From the NCBI GenBank assembly GCA_964347545.1, contig CAYFZZ010000192.1, positions 1 to 55,724 of the forward strand: a DNA stretch of 55,724 nucleotides, written 5' to 3'. Made by a program: the position numbers and the translations under genes. Positions 17,101-26,157 of the stretch are shown in pieces. This DNA comes from an uncultured Planctomycetaceae bacterium (lineage in GTDB: Bacteria; Planctomycetota; Planctomycetia; Pirellulales; UBA7805). Within the stretch, counting starts at the first letter, position 1; every line of letters starts with the position of its first letter. Below the pieces are notes generated by a model, which saw nothing but the letters and a program-made list of their open reading frames with translations, ran no database searches and was not told where the DNA came from.

Positions 17101-17867
17101 TACCCGAAGCCTCCGGTGACATAGTCGTAGGTCAGCCGCTGGTCCGGCTGGTTGAATATTTTTTCCGTCGGACCCCACTCCACTAGCTGGGCCTGGTTCA
17201 AAAACGCCACGTGATCGGCCAGGCGGTGAGCCTGCTGAACCAGGTTGGTCACCAAAACGATTGTCATCTCCTGCTTTAATTCCAGCAAGACGTCTTCGAT
17301 CTTCATGGTGGTCACCGGATCGATGGCGATCGAAAATTCGTCCAGGCAGAGGATCTCGGGCTGGTGCGACAGGGCACGGGCCAGCGTCAAACGTTGCTGC
17401 TGGCCTCCGGACAACTTGGTGCCCAGCATCTGCAGGCGGTCCTTGACCTCGTCCCACAGCATCGCTTGTTTCAGGCACTTTTCTACCAACCCATCCAGGG
17501 TGTGCCGATCGTGGATCCCGGCCCGCCGGGGCGCGTAAGCCACGTTTTCGTAGACAGACAGGGGGAGACCCACCGGGAGGGGAAACACCATCCCCACCCG
17601 CCGCCGCAGCTCGTACACGTTGCGGAGGCCGAAAACGTTCTGGCCGTCCACGCGCACCTCGCCTTCCACCCTGGCGGTCGAGATGAAATCGATGGTGCGG
17701 TTGATGCATTTCAGCAGCGTGGTCTTGCCCGAATTGGCAGGCCCGATGATGCCGAAAATCTGTTTAGCCGGCATCTCCAGCGAGATGTTTCGCAGGGCCA
17801 CATGCGATCCGTAGCGGACCGTAACCTGCTTGAATTCCACCTGGGGCAACACGAGAGGGCCTACCAT
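17100..17867 (-). CDS. pstB: Phosphate ABC transporter ATPase PstB, copy 1 (canonical signature, degenerate Q-loop and H-loop)
   Basis: Walker A is GPANSGKTT and the signature is LSGGQQQRL. The Q-loop position reads VGMVFPLP and the H-loop reads VTNLVQQA. The ATG overlaps the pstA stop (ATGGTAG). Confidence 0.9.
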   Translation of the reverse strand: MVGPLVLPQVEFKQVTVRYGSHVALRNISLEMPAKQIFGIIGPANSGKTTLLKCINRTIDFISTARVEGEVRVDGQNVFGLRNVYELRRRVGMVFPLPVGLPLSVYENVAYAPRRAGIHDRHTLDGLVEKCLKQAMLWDEVKDRLQMLGTKLSGGQQQRLTLARALSHQPEILCLDEFSIAIDPVTTMKIEDVLLELKQEMTIVLVTNLVQQAHRLADHVAFLNQAQLVEWGPTEKIFNQPDQRLTYDYVTGGFG

Positions 17868-19129
17868 TTCTTGCGGGACCGCAGGTAGATGCGCAGCACG
17901 ATGGAAAAGCTATTGACGACCAGCACCAGGCCGACCAAGACCACGGCCGTGCCATACAACAGCTGGTCGCTGACGCCACGAACCTGCGTCGAGAGGGCAA
18001 ACAGATGATAGGACAAGGCCATGAAGCGGTCTGCCAGCCCATACGGCAAATAGGCTTGCCACCCCGTGTCCGGGATCTGCAGGTACAATAAGGCGCCAGT
18101 AAACAGGATGGGCGCCGTTTCGCCGGCGGCGCGGGCTACTTGCAGGATCACGCCGGTAAGAATGCCGGCCAACGAATTCGGCAAGACGATGGTGCGAATC
18201 GTCTGCCAGCGGGTGGCGCCCATGTTCCAGCAGGCTTCGCGGAAGGAAGTTGGCACGGCGGCCAGGGCCTCCCGCGTACTGGTAATGATCACCGGCAGCG
18301 TCATCACGGCGACGGTGCAGGAAGCGGCCAGCAACGAGCGTCCCATGTGGGCAAAGTAGACGAAGGCCCCCACGCCAAACAGGGCGTGCACGATACTGGG
18401 TACGCCTGCCAGATTCACCACCGCCAGGTTCACCAGCCGGGTGAACCAGTTATCCCGGGCATATTCATTCAAATACACCCCGGCCAGGACCCCGATGGGA
18501 GCCGCCACGATCAGGGAGATCAGGACCAGGAAGAAAGTGCCGATTAACGGAGCCCAGACGCCGCCGGCCGTGAGGTTATCGCGGGGATTGGTGAAGAGGA
18601 AGTCCGGTGAAAGGGCAGGCCAGGCCTTGAAGATCAGGTAGCCCAGCGTCGCCACCACGGGGGCCACGCAGATCAGGGCCATGGCCAGAAAGATGAATTT
18701 GGCCAGCTGTTCGTGGCGTTTTTTTGATTTTTCGACATCCGTGGCCGTGAACATCTCGCGGTGGATGACCTGCAGCCGCTGACCGCGGCTCAGCGGCAGC
18801 TGCCCTGCTTGGGCTCGCCGGGACAAAGCTTCCACGGCGGTTTGCAGGCTGGTCCAGGGGGCCAGTTCGCTGCCGTCTCCCTGGACCACGGCCCGGGTGT
18901 CGACGTAAAAGCGATACGTCGGCCGCCGCCGCGGCCGGGCAGCCCCCGCTGCCTGACAAGCGACCTCGACGTCGCAGACTTCCGGCACCCTGCCCTCCGC
19001 CTGGCCCCGGGCCAGGCTGGCCAGGGCCTGCTGCAGCGAAGCATAAGGTCGCTGGGCCGAGCCGTCTCCATCGGGGCTGGCCTCCGGGGCAATGAAAAGG
19101 TGCAGATCGTCTTCTGCGCGGTTAGTCAC
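17861..19129 (-). CDS. pstA: Phosphate ABC transporter permease PstA with ~125-aa N-terminal extension
   Basis: The C-terminal ~295 aa are colinear with PstA (PLIGTFFLV ..., EAA-type loop SFREACWNMGATRWQTI). The GTG start overlaps the pstC stop by 8 nt. An alternative internal ATG lies at 18754. Confidence 0.85.
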   Translation of the reverse strand: MTNRAEDDLHLFIAPEASPDGDGSAQRPYASLQQALASLARGQAEGRVPEVCDVEVACQAAGAARPRRRPTYRFYVDTRAVVQGDGSELAPWTSLQTAVEALSRRAQAGQLPLSRGQRLQVIHREMFTATDVEKSKKRHEQLAKFIFLAMALICVAPVVATLGYLIFKAWPALSPDFLFTNPRDNLTAGGVWAPLIGTFFLVLISLIVAAPIGVLAGVYLNEYARDNWFTRLVNLAVVNLAGVPSIVHALFGVGAFVYFAHMGRSLLAASCTVAVMTLPVIITSTREALAAVPTSFREACWNMGATRWQTIRTIVLPNSLAGILTGVILQVARAAGETAPILFTGALLYLQIPDTGWQAYLPYGLADRFMALSYHLFALSTQVRGVSDQLLYGTAVVLVGLVLVVNSFSIVLRIYLRSRKKW

Positions 19130-20057
19130 TTGTCTGGCCCCGGATGCCCTTGACCACCAGGTCGGCAGTGAGGTTGACGAAGAACGTGATCGTCAACAAC
19201 ACCATCCCGATGACGAACAGGGCCCCATAGTGTTCGTCCCCCGGCACAGTTTCCCCCAGTTCCGCCGCGATAGTGGCGGTCATGGTTCGCACCGGGTCCA
19301 GCACGCTGTGGGGAATCTGAATGGCGTGCCCCGTGGCCATCAAGACCGCCATGGTTTCCCCGATGGCGCGTCCCACGCCCAGCAAGACGGCCGCCAAGAG
19401 GCCGTTTTTGGCTGCTGGGAACAGCACGCGATAGACAATCTCCCAGCGGCTGGCCCCCATGGCCGTGGCCGCCTCGCGATACGTGTCCGGCACGGCCCGC
19501 AGGGAATCCTCGGATACCGACACAATAATCGGCACGCTCATCAAGGCCAGGATGATCCCCCCGTTTAAGACGTTGATGCCAATCGGCGCGCCGGTCGCCC
19601 AGATGATGATCGGGTTTAACACCATGTAGCCGATGAATCCCCAGACTACCGAAGGGATGGCCGCCAGCAGTTCAATCACCACCTTCAGGGTCTCTTTCAC
19701 ACGGTTCCCCGCGAATTCCGAAACGTAAACCGCCGCCCCCAGGCCCAGGGGGACGGCGATCAGCATGGCCAGGATCGTCACGGCGCCGGTGCCGGCCATG
19801 AGGGCCAAGGTTCCGTATTGCGGCCGCACGACCGAATCGGGTCGCCAATTGGGGCTGGTGAAGAACTCGCGGAGGTTCAGCCCTCCGAACAGCATGGGAG
19901 CGCCTTCGCGAACGACAAAAAAGAAAATCGCGAAGACAAACAGAATGGCGCTCCAGCCGCACAAGCGAATCACCAGCTCGACCGCCGGGCCCGTCCAGTC
20001 CAGCGCCGTATGCACCAGCTGGCTCACCGTTATCCGCGTTGATTTCGGCTGGCTCAC
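19122..20057 (-). CDS. pstC: Phosphate ABC transporter permease PstC
   Basis: A six-TM permease with the EAA loop (YREAATAMGASRWEIVYRVLFP). The GTG start is 3 nt after the pstS stop. Confidence 0.92.
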   Translation of the reverse strand: MSQPKSTRITVSQLVHTALDWTGPAVELVIRLCGWSAILFVFAIFFFVVREGAPMLFGGLNLREFFTSPNWRPDSVVRPQYGTLALMAGTGAVTILAMLIAVPLGLGAAVYVSEFAGNRVKETLKVVIELLAAIPSVVWGFIGYMVLNPIIIWATGAPIGINVLNGGIILALMSVPIIVSVSEDSLRAVPDTYREAATAMGASRWEIVYRVLFPAAKNGLLAAVLLGVGRAIGETMAVLMATGHAIQIPHSVLDPVRTMTATIAAELGETVPGDEHYGALFVIGMVLLTITFFVNLTADLVVKGIRGQTSD

Positions 20058-20060
20058 AGT

Positions 20061-20984
20061 TTACTCAGCGGGCACATCACGGACGGGAACATATCCCATT
20101 TTCAAGACGATCTTTTGGCCTTCCTCCGAGAGCATCCAATTGATGTACTCCTGGGTGGCCTCCGACGGTTCCCCTAAAGTGTACAGGTACAGGGGCCGCG
20201 CGATCGGGTAAAATCCGTCTCGGGCGGTACTGACGCTAGGTGCGACCGCCGGGGAATCCGCCTCGGTGGCAATCTTCAACCACTTGACACCCTCTGTCCG
20301 GTAGCCCATGCCGCTGTAGCCGATCGCACACGGCGTGCGGGAAATCAAGGCGACCACATCCTTCGAGCCGCTCTGATCGATCGAACCTAACTGGAAATCA
20401 CGAGCGTTCCCTAGGATGGCTTCGCGAAAATAGTGGTACGTGCCCGAGTTGTTCTGCCGACTGACCCGGGTTATCTCGTCGCTGGCACACCCACGGTTCT
20501 GCACGCCCAACTGCGACCATTTCGTCAACTGGCCACCTTCCCCATAGATCTCTGCCAGTTGATCCACGGCGATGGCGTCCAGCGGATTGTCCGCGTGGAC
20601 GTAGACCGCCAGCGCGTCCTTGCCCACGATAAATTCCTGCGGTTCTTTGCCCGTGTTTGCCTTGGCCCGCTCGATTTCCTTCTCTTTCATCTTACGACTG
20701 GAGTTCGCCATGTCGGTCACGCCGGTGATCAAGCTGGCAATCCCCACGCCCGAACCTCCCCCCGAGACCTGAACCGAAATGTCCGGATGGATCTGGTTGT
20801 ACTCCTCCGCCCAGGCCTGCGCCAGGTTGACCATGGTGTCCGAGCCGTCGATGCGAATCGTGACCTTCGCCGTGCCCTCCCCGTCGCTCGCCGGGCCGGG
20901 GCTACTGCCAGAACACCCCGTCACGACGGTGATCAAAAACGTGGCCACCCCACCTGCTCGAACCCATTCAGCTACCGTCCTCAT
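20061..20984 (-). CDS. pstS: Phosphate-binding lipoprotein PstS
   Basis: ATG 20984 has AGGAGGAG upstream. The lipobox is LITVVTGCSG, and the PBP motifs GSDTMVNLAQAW and SGGGSGVGIASL are present. Confidence 0.9.
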   Translation of the reverse strand: MRTVAEWVRAGGVATFLITVVTGCSGSSPGPASDGEGTAKVTIRIDGSDTMVNLAQAWAEEYNQIHPDISVQVSGGGSGVGIASLITGVTDMANSSRKMKEKEIERAKANTGKEPQEFIVGKDALAVYVHADNPLDAIAVDQLAEIYGEGGQLTKWSQLGVQNRGCASDEITRVSRQNNSGTYHYFREAILGNARDFQLGSIDQSGSKDVVALISRTPCAIGYSGMGYRTEGVKWLKIATEADSPAVAPSVSTARDGFYPIARPLYLYTLGEPSEATQEYINWMLSEEGQKIVLKMGYVPVRDVPAE

Positions 20985-21075
20985 CTGCTCCTCCTGTTCG
21001 TTCTCGCACGAAGACCATTCGTGTTGCACAATCCAATGCATGTTGTATAAAAAAGCCGCCTGAAATTCACGGACT
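20985..21075 (-). promoter_or_regulatory. AT-rich pst promoter region (possible Pho-box area)
   Basis: This is the only AT-rich patch upstream of pstS. On the minus strand it reads TTTTTTATACAACATGCATTGGATTGTGCAACACGAATGG. I could not assign boxes. Confidence 0.3.
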
Positions 21076-21722
21076 GGCGCGGGAAATTCCCCCGCCGCCA
21101 CGCGGGCGGATCAGGCGGGAGGGCCGATCGACCCCCACCGGGCCGGCCGGCAACCCGCTCGGCACCCCCCCCACCGTGCCCATTTCGCCCGCCGCCCGGG
21201 CTGACGCATTGCCGAGCGTCGATGTGTTTTGGTTGGCGCGGCCCGCTGCGGCAGGCCGTCGAAAACGGCTCGCCCAGCGGGGTCTTTGCCCGTCTCCCGC
21301 GGCTCCCGCCGCAGGAAGGTACCTCCCGGGGACCGAGGTTGTCTTTGCCTGGGTTCCGATTCGGCGGGCAGCCGGGTGGGGGCCCGGCGGTGGAGCGAAC
21401 CGGGTGGGGACCGCGAGGAGAGGATCTGGTTGCAATTCCCGGCAGCGGTTGCCCGCGGACCGTCGCCGCTCCGCCTCGGCCGCTCCGCCGCACGGGATGA
21501 GGTCTGGCACGGCGTGATTGGCGGCTGGCCAGAGGCACCGCCCTGGCGTGGTCTTGGGGCAGCGGACAACGGCCATTTTCGAGCGAAATCAGAGCTATAA
21601 TGGAGGGAAGCATTCCTCCCCAGGCCTGCGGGGATCCGCCGAGGCCGCAGGGGCGAGAGGGGGGAGATGCCGACAGCTGGCACAGCGGTGCGGGCTGGAG
21701 CACGGCCACGAGAGGCAAACCG

Positions 21723-23081
21723 ATGAACCGATGGGTCTGGTTGTGGGTGGGGCTGGCAGCGGTGTTGGTGGCCGGTCTGCTGATGTATGCCCAGGTGACC
21801 GACAAGGTGCCCGTCCTGACCGCCGAGGTGACTGCCGGACCGATCCGGGAATTTGTGGACGAGCGGGGTAAGACGCGTCTCCCGCGGACCTACCTGATTA
21901 CTCAACCCTTCACAGGTCGGATCGAAGAGATCGACGTTGCCGAAGGCACGCCGGTCCAGGAGGGCCAGGTGGTGGCTCGGATTGTGCCCAGCGATCTGCA
22001 GCTGTCGGTCGACGCGGCGGCGGCGGCGGTGGAGCGGTTGGATGCGGCAATCCGGGAAAACGACGATACCAGTGTCGAGAAGACCGGGCTGCAGCAGGCG
22101 ATCGAATTCGTCAGATCGATGGATCGCACCGTCGACGCCGCTCTGGCTCGAGTCGAATCGGGCCAAGCCAAGAAGGATTTCGCGCAGAAGCAGCTGCACC
22201 GCCAGCAGAGCCTGGTTGCCAAGAACGCGTCGTCGCAGGACGAGCTGGATCGGGCCGAATTTGTGATGGTGGACAGCCGGGTCGAACTGCAGCAGGACGA
22301 ACTGGTGCACAGCGCCATGGTCTCCCTGCAGGCCGCCACCGCTCTGCTGCCCACCATGGTCCGCCAGTACATCGGGCGCAAAGACCTGTCGCACGCGGTG
22401 CTGGTCAAGCAACGTGCCGAAGCGGTGGCCCGACTGCAGCAGGTCCAGCAGGACCAGCAGCGTGGCACGCTGCTCAGCCCCGTCGATGGCATCGTGCTGG
22501 CTCGACACGTGACCAACGAGCGGTACATCCCGGCCGGCAAGGTCCTTCTGGAAATCGGTCGCTTGCAGGATCTGGAAGTCGAAGCCGAGGTGCTGAGCCA
22601 GGATGTGGTCGAGGTCCAGGTTGGCAACGAAGTCGAAATTTATGGCCCGGCGATCGGCGAGCCGCCGGCGCGGGGGGTGGTGACCCGGATTTATCCGGCC
22701 GGTTTTACGAAGATCAGTTCGCTGGGGGTCGAACAACAGCGCGTGATGGTCATCATGAAAATGAACGAGACCGACCTGCAGCGGGTCATCGAGCAGCGGG
22801 GGTTGGGGGTCGATTACCGCGTGCGGGTCCGTATCTACACCCGGCAGGTCGCCCGCGGGCTGACCCTGCCCCGCTCGGCCCTCTTCCGCACCCCCCACGG
22901 CGAATGGCAGGTGTTCGTTGTCCGCGATGGCCGAGCCCGTCGGGTGATGCTGACTGTGGGCTTGATGAACGACAGTATCGTCCAGGTTGTCCAAGGGCTG
23001 GAGGAAGGAGAAACCGTCGTGCTGGCTCCAGAATCGGGACTGACCGACGGCCAGCGGGTGGCCTCCCAAAATGAGCCATGA
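21723..23081 (+). CDS. HlyD-family membrane-fusion / periplasmic adaptor protein (no cognate pump adjacent)
   Basis: There is an N-terminal TM (MNRWVWLWVGLAAVLVAGLL) and a lipoyl-like hairpin (GRIEEIDVAEGTPVQEGQVVARI ... SPVDGIVLARHV). A long coiled coil lies between the two halves of the hairpin. Confidence 0.8.
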   Translation: MNRWVWLWVGLAAVLVAGLLMYAQVTDKVPVLTAEVTAGPIREFVDERGKTRLPRTYLITQPFTGRIEEIDVAEGTPVQEGQVVARIVPSDLQLSVDAAAAAVERLDAAIRENDDTSVEKTGLQQAIEFVRSMDRTVDAALARVESGQAKKDFAQKQLHRQQSLVAKNASSQDELDRAEFVMVDSRVELQQDELVHSAMVSLQAATALLPTMVRQYIGRKDLSHAVLVKQRAEAVARLQQVQQDQQRGTLLSPVDGIVLARHVTNERYIPAGKVLLEIGRLQDLEVEAEVLSQDVVEVQVGNEVEIYGPAIGEPPARGVVTRIYPAGFTKISSLGVEQQRVMVIMKMNETDLQRVIEQRGLGVDYRVRVRIYTRQVARGLTLPRSALFRTPHGEWQVFVVRDGRARRVMLTVGLMNDSIVQVVQGLEEGETVVLAPESGLTDGQRVASQNEP

Positions 23082-23090
23082 CGCCCCGCT

Positions 23091-23252
23091 GGGAGAGAGA
23101 AGAGAGAAGAGAGGGGAGAGGAGAGAGGGGAGAGGAGAAAGGGGAGAGGAGAAAGGGGAGAGGAGAGAGGGGAGAGGAGAGAAGGGAGAGAAGAGAGGGG
23201 AGAGGAGAGAGTGGAGAGGAGAGAGGGGAGAGGGCAGAGGAGAGAGGAGAGA
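23091..23252 (+). repeat. 162-nt polypurine (G/A) tract, imperfect ~15-nt tandem units (GGGGAGAGGAGAGAR)
   Basis: Only two pyrimidines (23212, 23235) occur in 162 nt on the plus strand. The tract lies between the HlyD stop and the SDR start. Confidence 0.9.
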
Positions 23253-23262
23253 TTGTCGAGCG

Positions 23263-24030
23263 GTGCGGGTTTCCGATCACACTTTTCTGGTCACCGGGGG
23301 GGCGACGGGCCTGGGGGCGGCCTGCGTCCGCCAGCTGTCAGCCGGCGGGGCCCGCGTGGTCGTGGCCGATATCAATTCCCGCCAGGGCCAGGCCCTGGCC
23401 GAGGGGTGCGGTGACCAGGTCCGTTTCGTTTCCAGCGACGTGAGGGACAGGGATGCCATCCAGGCCGCCATCAACCTGGCCCGCCAAGAATTCGGTGCTC
23501 TGCACGGGGCCATTACCTGCGCCGGGGTCCTGGACGCCGCTCGGCTGCTGGGCCGCCAGGCCCCGCATCCAGCGGAACTCTTCCAGCGCGTGATCGACGT
23601 CAATCTGATCGGAACGTTCCACACCCTCAGTCTTGCCGCGGAGGCCATCTCCGCCGCCACGCCGGAGGAAGACGGGGAACGGGGAGTGATCGTGATGACC
23701 GCTTCGGTGGCTGCCTGGGACGGGCAGATCGGCCAGGTGGCCTATGCGGCATCCAAAGGGGGCGTGGCCAGTATGACCTTGCCGGCCGCGCGCGAACTGG
23801 GCCGGTTCGGCATTCGCGTGGTGTCCATCGCCCCCGGCGTGTTCGCCACCCCCATGATGGAGTCGGTCAGTGACAAGGTTCGCCAGTCGCTGGAGAGCCA
23901 GGTTCCCTTTCCCCCACGGTTCGGGCATCCCGATGAATTTGCTCAACTGGTAACCCAGGTGGTGGAAAATCGGATGCTGAACGGCACCGTGCTCCGCCTC
24001 GACGGGGCCCTCCGCATGGGACCGGTGTGA
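23263..24030 (+). CDS. Short-chain dehydrogenase/reductase, 3-hydroxyacyl-CoA dehydrogenase type-2-like
   Basis: The TGGATGLGAA Rossmann motif, the YAASKGGV catalytic YxxxK and the IAPGVFATPM motif are present. GTG 23263 was chosen so that the protein starts about 8 aa before TGG. The ORF is formally open from ATG 23071 through the purine tract. Confidence 0.85.
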   Translation: MRVSDHTFLVTGGATGLGAACVRQLSAGGARVVVADINSRQGQALAEGCGDQVRFVSSDVRDRDAIQAAINLARQEFGALHGAITCAGVLDAARLLGRQAPHPAELFQRVIDVNLIGTFHTLSLAAEAISAATPEEDGERGVIVMTASVAAWDGQIGQVAYAASKGGVASMTLPAARELGRFGIRVVSIAPGVFATPMMESVSDKVRQSLESQVPFPPRFGHPDEFAQLVTQVVENRMLNGTVLRLDGALRMGPV

Positions 24031-24117
24031 ACGGGCAGAGTCCAGGAGGAGCGGGCCTGCACCGCGCCCTGGCGACCCGCGGCGGGTGGTCCCGCGGGCC
24101 GAACCGCCGCAGCCCCC

Positions 24118-24615
24118 TCAATGCTCGGGAGACACCTCGGGCCAAGTTCCCAGACCATCCAGTTCCGGCATGATTTCCACCAATTGATGCATCAGCATCC
24201 GGGCTAACCGCTGGACCTGGGCATTCCGTGTCTTGTGGGCCAGCGTGGCGGCGGTCTTCATGAGGCGGATCATCTGAGCTCGGCGGAGCACCGGGGTTGC
24301 GAAAGGCTGGTCCGCATCCACCAACAGCTCGGCCACCGGCACTTCCAGAACCTCTTGCCACCGGTAGAGCTGGCTGAGCGTCAAATCGGTGCTCTCCTCT
24401 TCCAGCTCGCGCAACTTGGAAATTCCTACCTTCCACCGCCGAGAGATCGCTCGCAAGGAAACCCCCTCCCGCTGACGGACCTCAGAGATGCGGTGCAGGG
24501 CGGGCCGGCTGCCGTTCGGAGGCTGGGTGGGGACCGCGCCCAGCAGCGGCTGGGATTCGCCGTCGACCCCGGCAGCGCCTTCGTAAAGATCTCGCGAATG
24601 GGCATCGGCCATCAT
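24118..24615 (-). CDS. XRE-family helix-turn-helix transcriptional regulator
   Basis: The HTH is VSLRAISRRWKVGISKLRELEEESTDLTLSQLYRWQEVLEVPVAELL. Start taken at MMADAH. Confidence 0.7.
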   Translation of the reverse strand: MMADAHSRDLYEGAAGVDGESQPLLGAVPTQPPNGSRPALHRISEVRQREGVSLRAISRRWKVGISKLRELEEESTDLTLSQLYRWQEVLEVPVAELLVDADQPFATPVLRRAQMIRLMKTAATLAHKTRNAQVQRLARMLMHQLVEIMPELDGLGTWPEVSPEH

Positions 24616-24947
24616 GTCCTCTCTTTCCACCCAGGTGGGGTCGTCAGCTGGTGGATCGCACTGCCGGCGGCGGAGAACCGTCGTCCCGCGAAAAAATTTC
24701 ACGCAGGCACGAGTTCGCCCCTGCCGGCGCATGCGCTGCGGGCCACTGTTTTGGTTTGTCTGTGCCTCTTCCGCTGCCAGCCACTACGCGGCGTTACCCG
24801 AATGGGTTCTGCTGAAAGGAGGTGGCAAGGGCCGGGACCGTCACCCGGGCGCATCCCACCGGTGTGCTTGCCTGCACAAACGCTTGATCGGAAAAGATCA
24901 AACCTCGGTCCGCGATAAGACTCATCCCTGCCAGACCGACTAATCGC

Positions 24948-24976
24948 ACTATAAAACGCCGCTCGGAATCTGACAA
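24948..24976 (-). promoter_or_regulatory. Candidate sigma-70-type promoter (TTGTCA-17 nt-TATAGT) on minus strand
   Basis: Read on the minus strand, TTGTCA is at 24976-24971, followed by a 17-nt spacer and TATAGT at 24953-24948. It would drive the HTH regulator gene through a leader of about 325 nt. Confidence 0.4.
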
Positions 24977-25047
24977 GTCGCAGGCCTGTGGGGCCTGCCG
25001 CAGGGGGCGAGCTGGGAAACCAGTGGAGGTTGGGCAAGCGTCCTCCT

Positions 25048-26157
25048 CTAGGGCCCGCTGCGGATCACTCGTCCCGAAATGTACGTATCCTCATCAATCC
25101 ATGTGCGGTGGACGTTTTCCAACTGCCAGGCGTCGGCCAGATGGTCCACGCCGTCGCCCTGCACGGCCGCCACGCCGCCTGCGATGATTTTGGGAGCGAC
25201 AAAAACGTGCACTTCGTCCACCGCGGCGATGGCGAAAAAGGTGCCCAGCAACCTGCCGCCCCCTTCGACCAGGACATTGGTCATCTGGCGGCGTCCCAGT
25301 TCGTCCAGCAGCGACTCGAGCCGGACGGTGGCCGAATCCCCCTGGCAGGCAAACACCTCGCACCCGGCGGCGGTCAAGCGTTGGGTTTCCACCGGGGGCG
25401 CATCGTGGCGGACGGCGACCAGCACTGGTGTTTGCCGGGCCGTTTTCACCAGCTGGCTTTCTGAGGAAAGTTGAGCCTGGGAATCGCACACCACGCGGAC
25501 CGCGGTCCGGGGACCCGGCGGCCGCGCGGTCAACAGCGGATCGTCGGCGTCCGCCGTATGGCAGCCGATGACGATCGCGTCCACGCGTCCCCTTAGTTGG
25601 TGTACGATGTGGCGTGACTTCGAGCAGGAAATCCAGCGGCTGTCGCCGGAGGCCGTAGCCACTTTTCCGTCCAGGGTCATGGCCCACTTGGCGAGGACCC
25701 AGGGCCGCCCGGTTTCGATCCGCTTGAAGTACGGCGCGTTCAGTTCGCGGGCTTCCTCTTCCAGGACGCCGCTGCCAACCTCGATTCCCGCGGCCTCCAG
25801 TTCAGCCGTTCCGCCGCCCTGGACTTGGGCGAAAGGGTCCCGAGTGGCGATCACGACCCGCTGGATGCCCGCCGCGATGATGGCCTCGGTGCAGGGGGGC
25901 GTTTTGCCCTGGTGGCGGCAAGGTTCCAGCGTGACATACAGGGTGGCGCCCCGCGCGGCGGGGCCCGCTTGGCGCAACGCTTCGACTTCGGCGTGCGGCT
26001 GGCCGAAGGCCGTGTGGAATCCCTGGCCGACGACCTGCTGGTCTTTGGCCACCACGCAGCCCACCATGGGGTTCGGTTCGACGCGGCCTTCCCCTTGGGC
26101 AGCCAGTTCCAGGGCCCGCAGCATGAATGGCTGATCTTTTTCGGAAGGCGGCATCAC
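25048..26157 (-). CDS. ribD: Bifunctional riboflavin-biosynthesis deaminase/reductase RibD
   Basis: The deaminase motifs HAEVEAL and LEPCRHQGKTPPC are present, and the C-terminal reductase domain follows (KWAMTLDGKVA ...). Confidence 0.93.
   Translation of the reverse strand: MMPPSEKDQPFMLRALELAAQGEGRVEPNPMVGCVVAKDQQVVGQGFHTAFGQPHAEVEALRQAGPAARGATLYVTLEPCRHQGKTPPCTEAIIAAGIQRVVIATRDPFAQVQGGGTAELEAAGIEVGSGVLEEEARELNAPYFKRIETGRPWVLAKWAMTLDGKVATASGDSRWISCSKSRHIVHQLRGRVDAIVIGCHTADADDPLLTARPPGPRTAVRVVCDSQAQLSSESQLVKTARQTPVLVAVRHDAPPVETQRLTAAGCEVFACQGDSATVRLESLLDELGRRQMTNVLVEGGGRLLGTFFAIAAVDEVHVFVAPKIIAGGVAAVQGDGVDHLADAWQLENVHRTWIDEDTYISGRVIRSGP

Noticed and set aside
23071-23262. ATG 23071 as the start of the SDR, which would give a GERRE-repeat N-terminal extension.
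   Set aside because: The extension is just the translation of the polypurine microsatellite. Canonical SDRs begin a few residues before TGxxxGxG, and GTG 23263 fits that. It is kept as an alternative in the findings.
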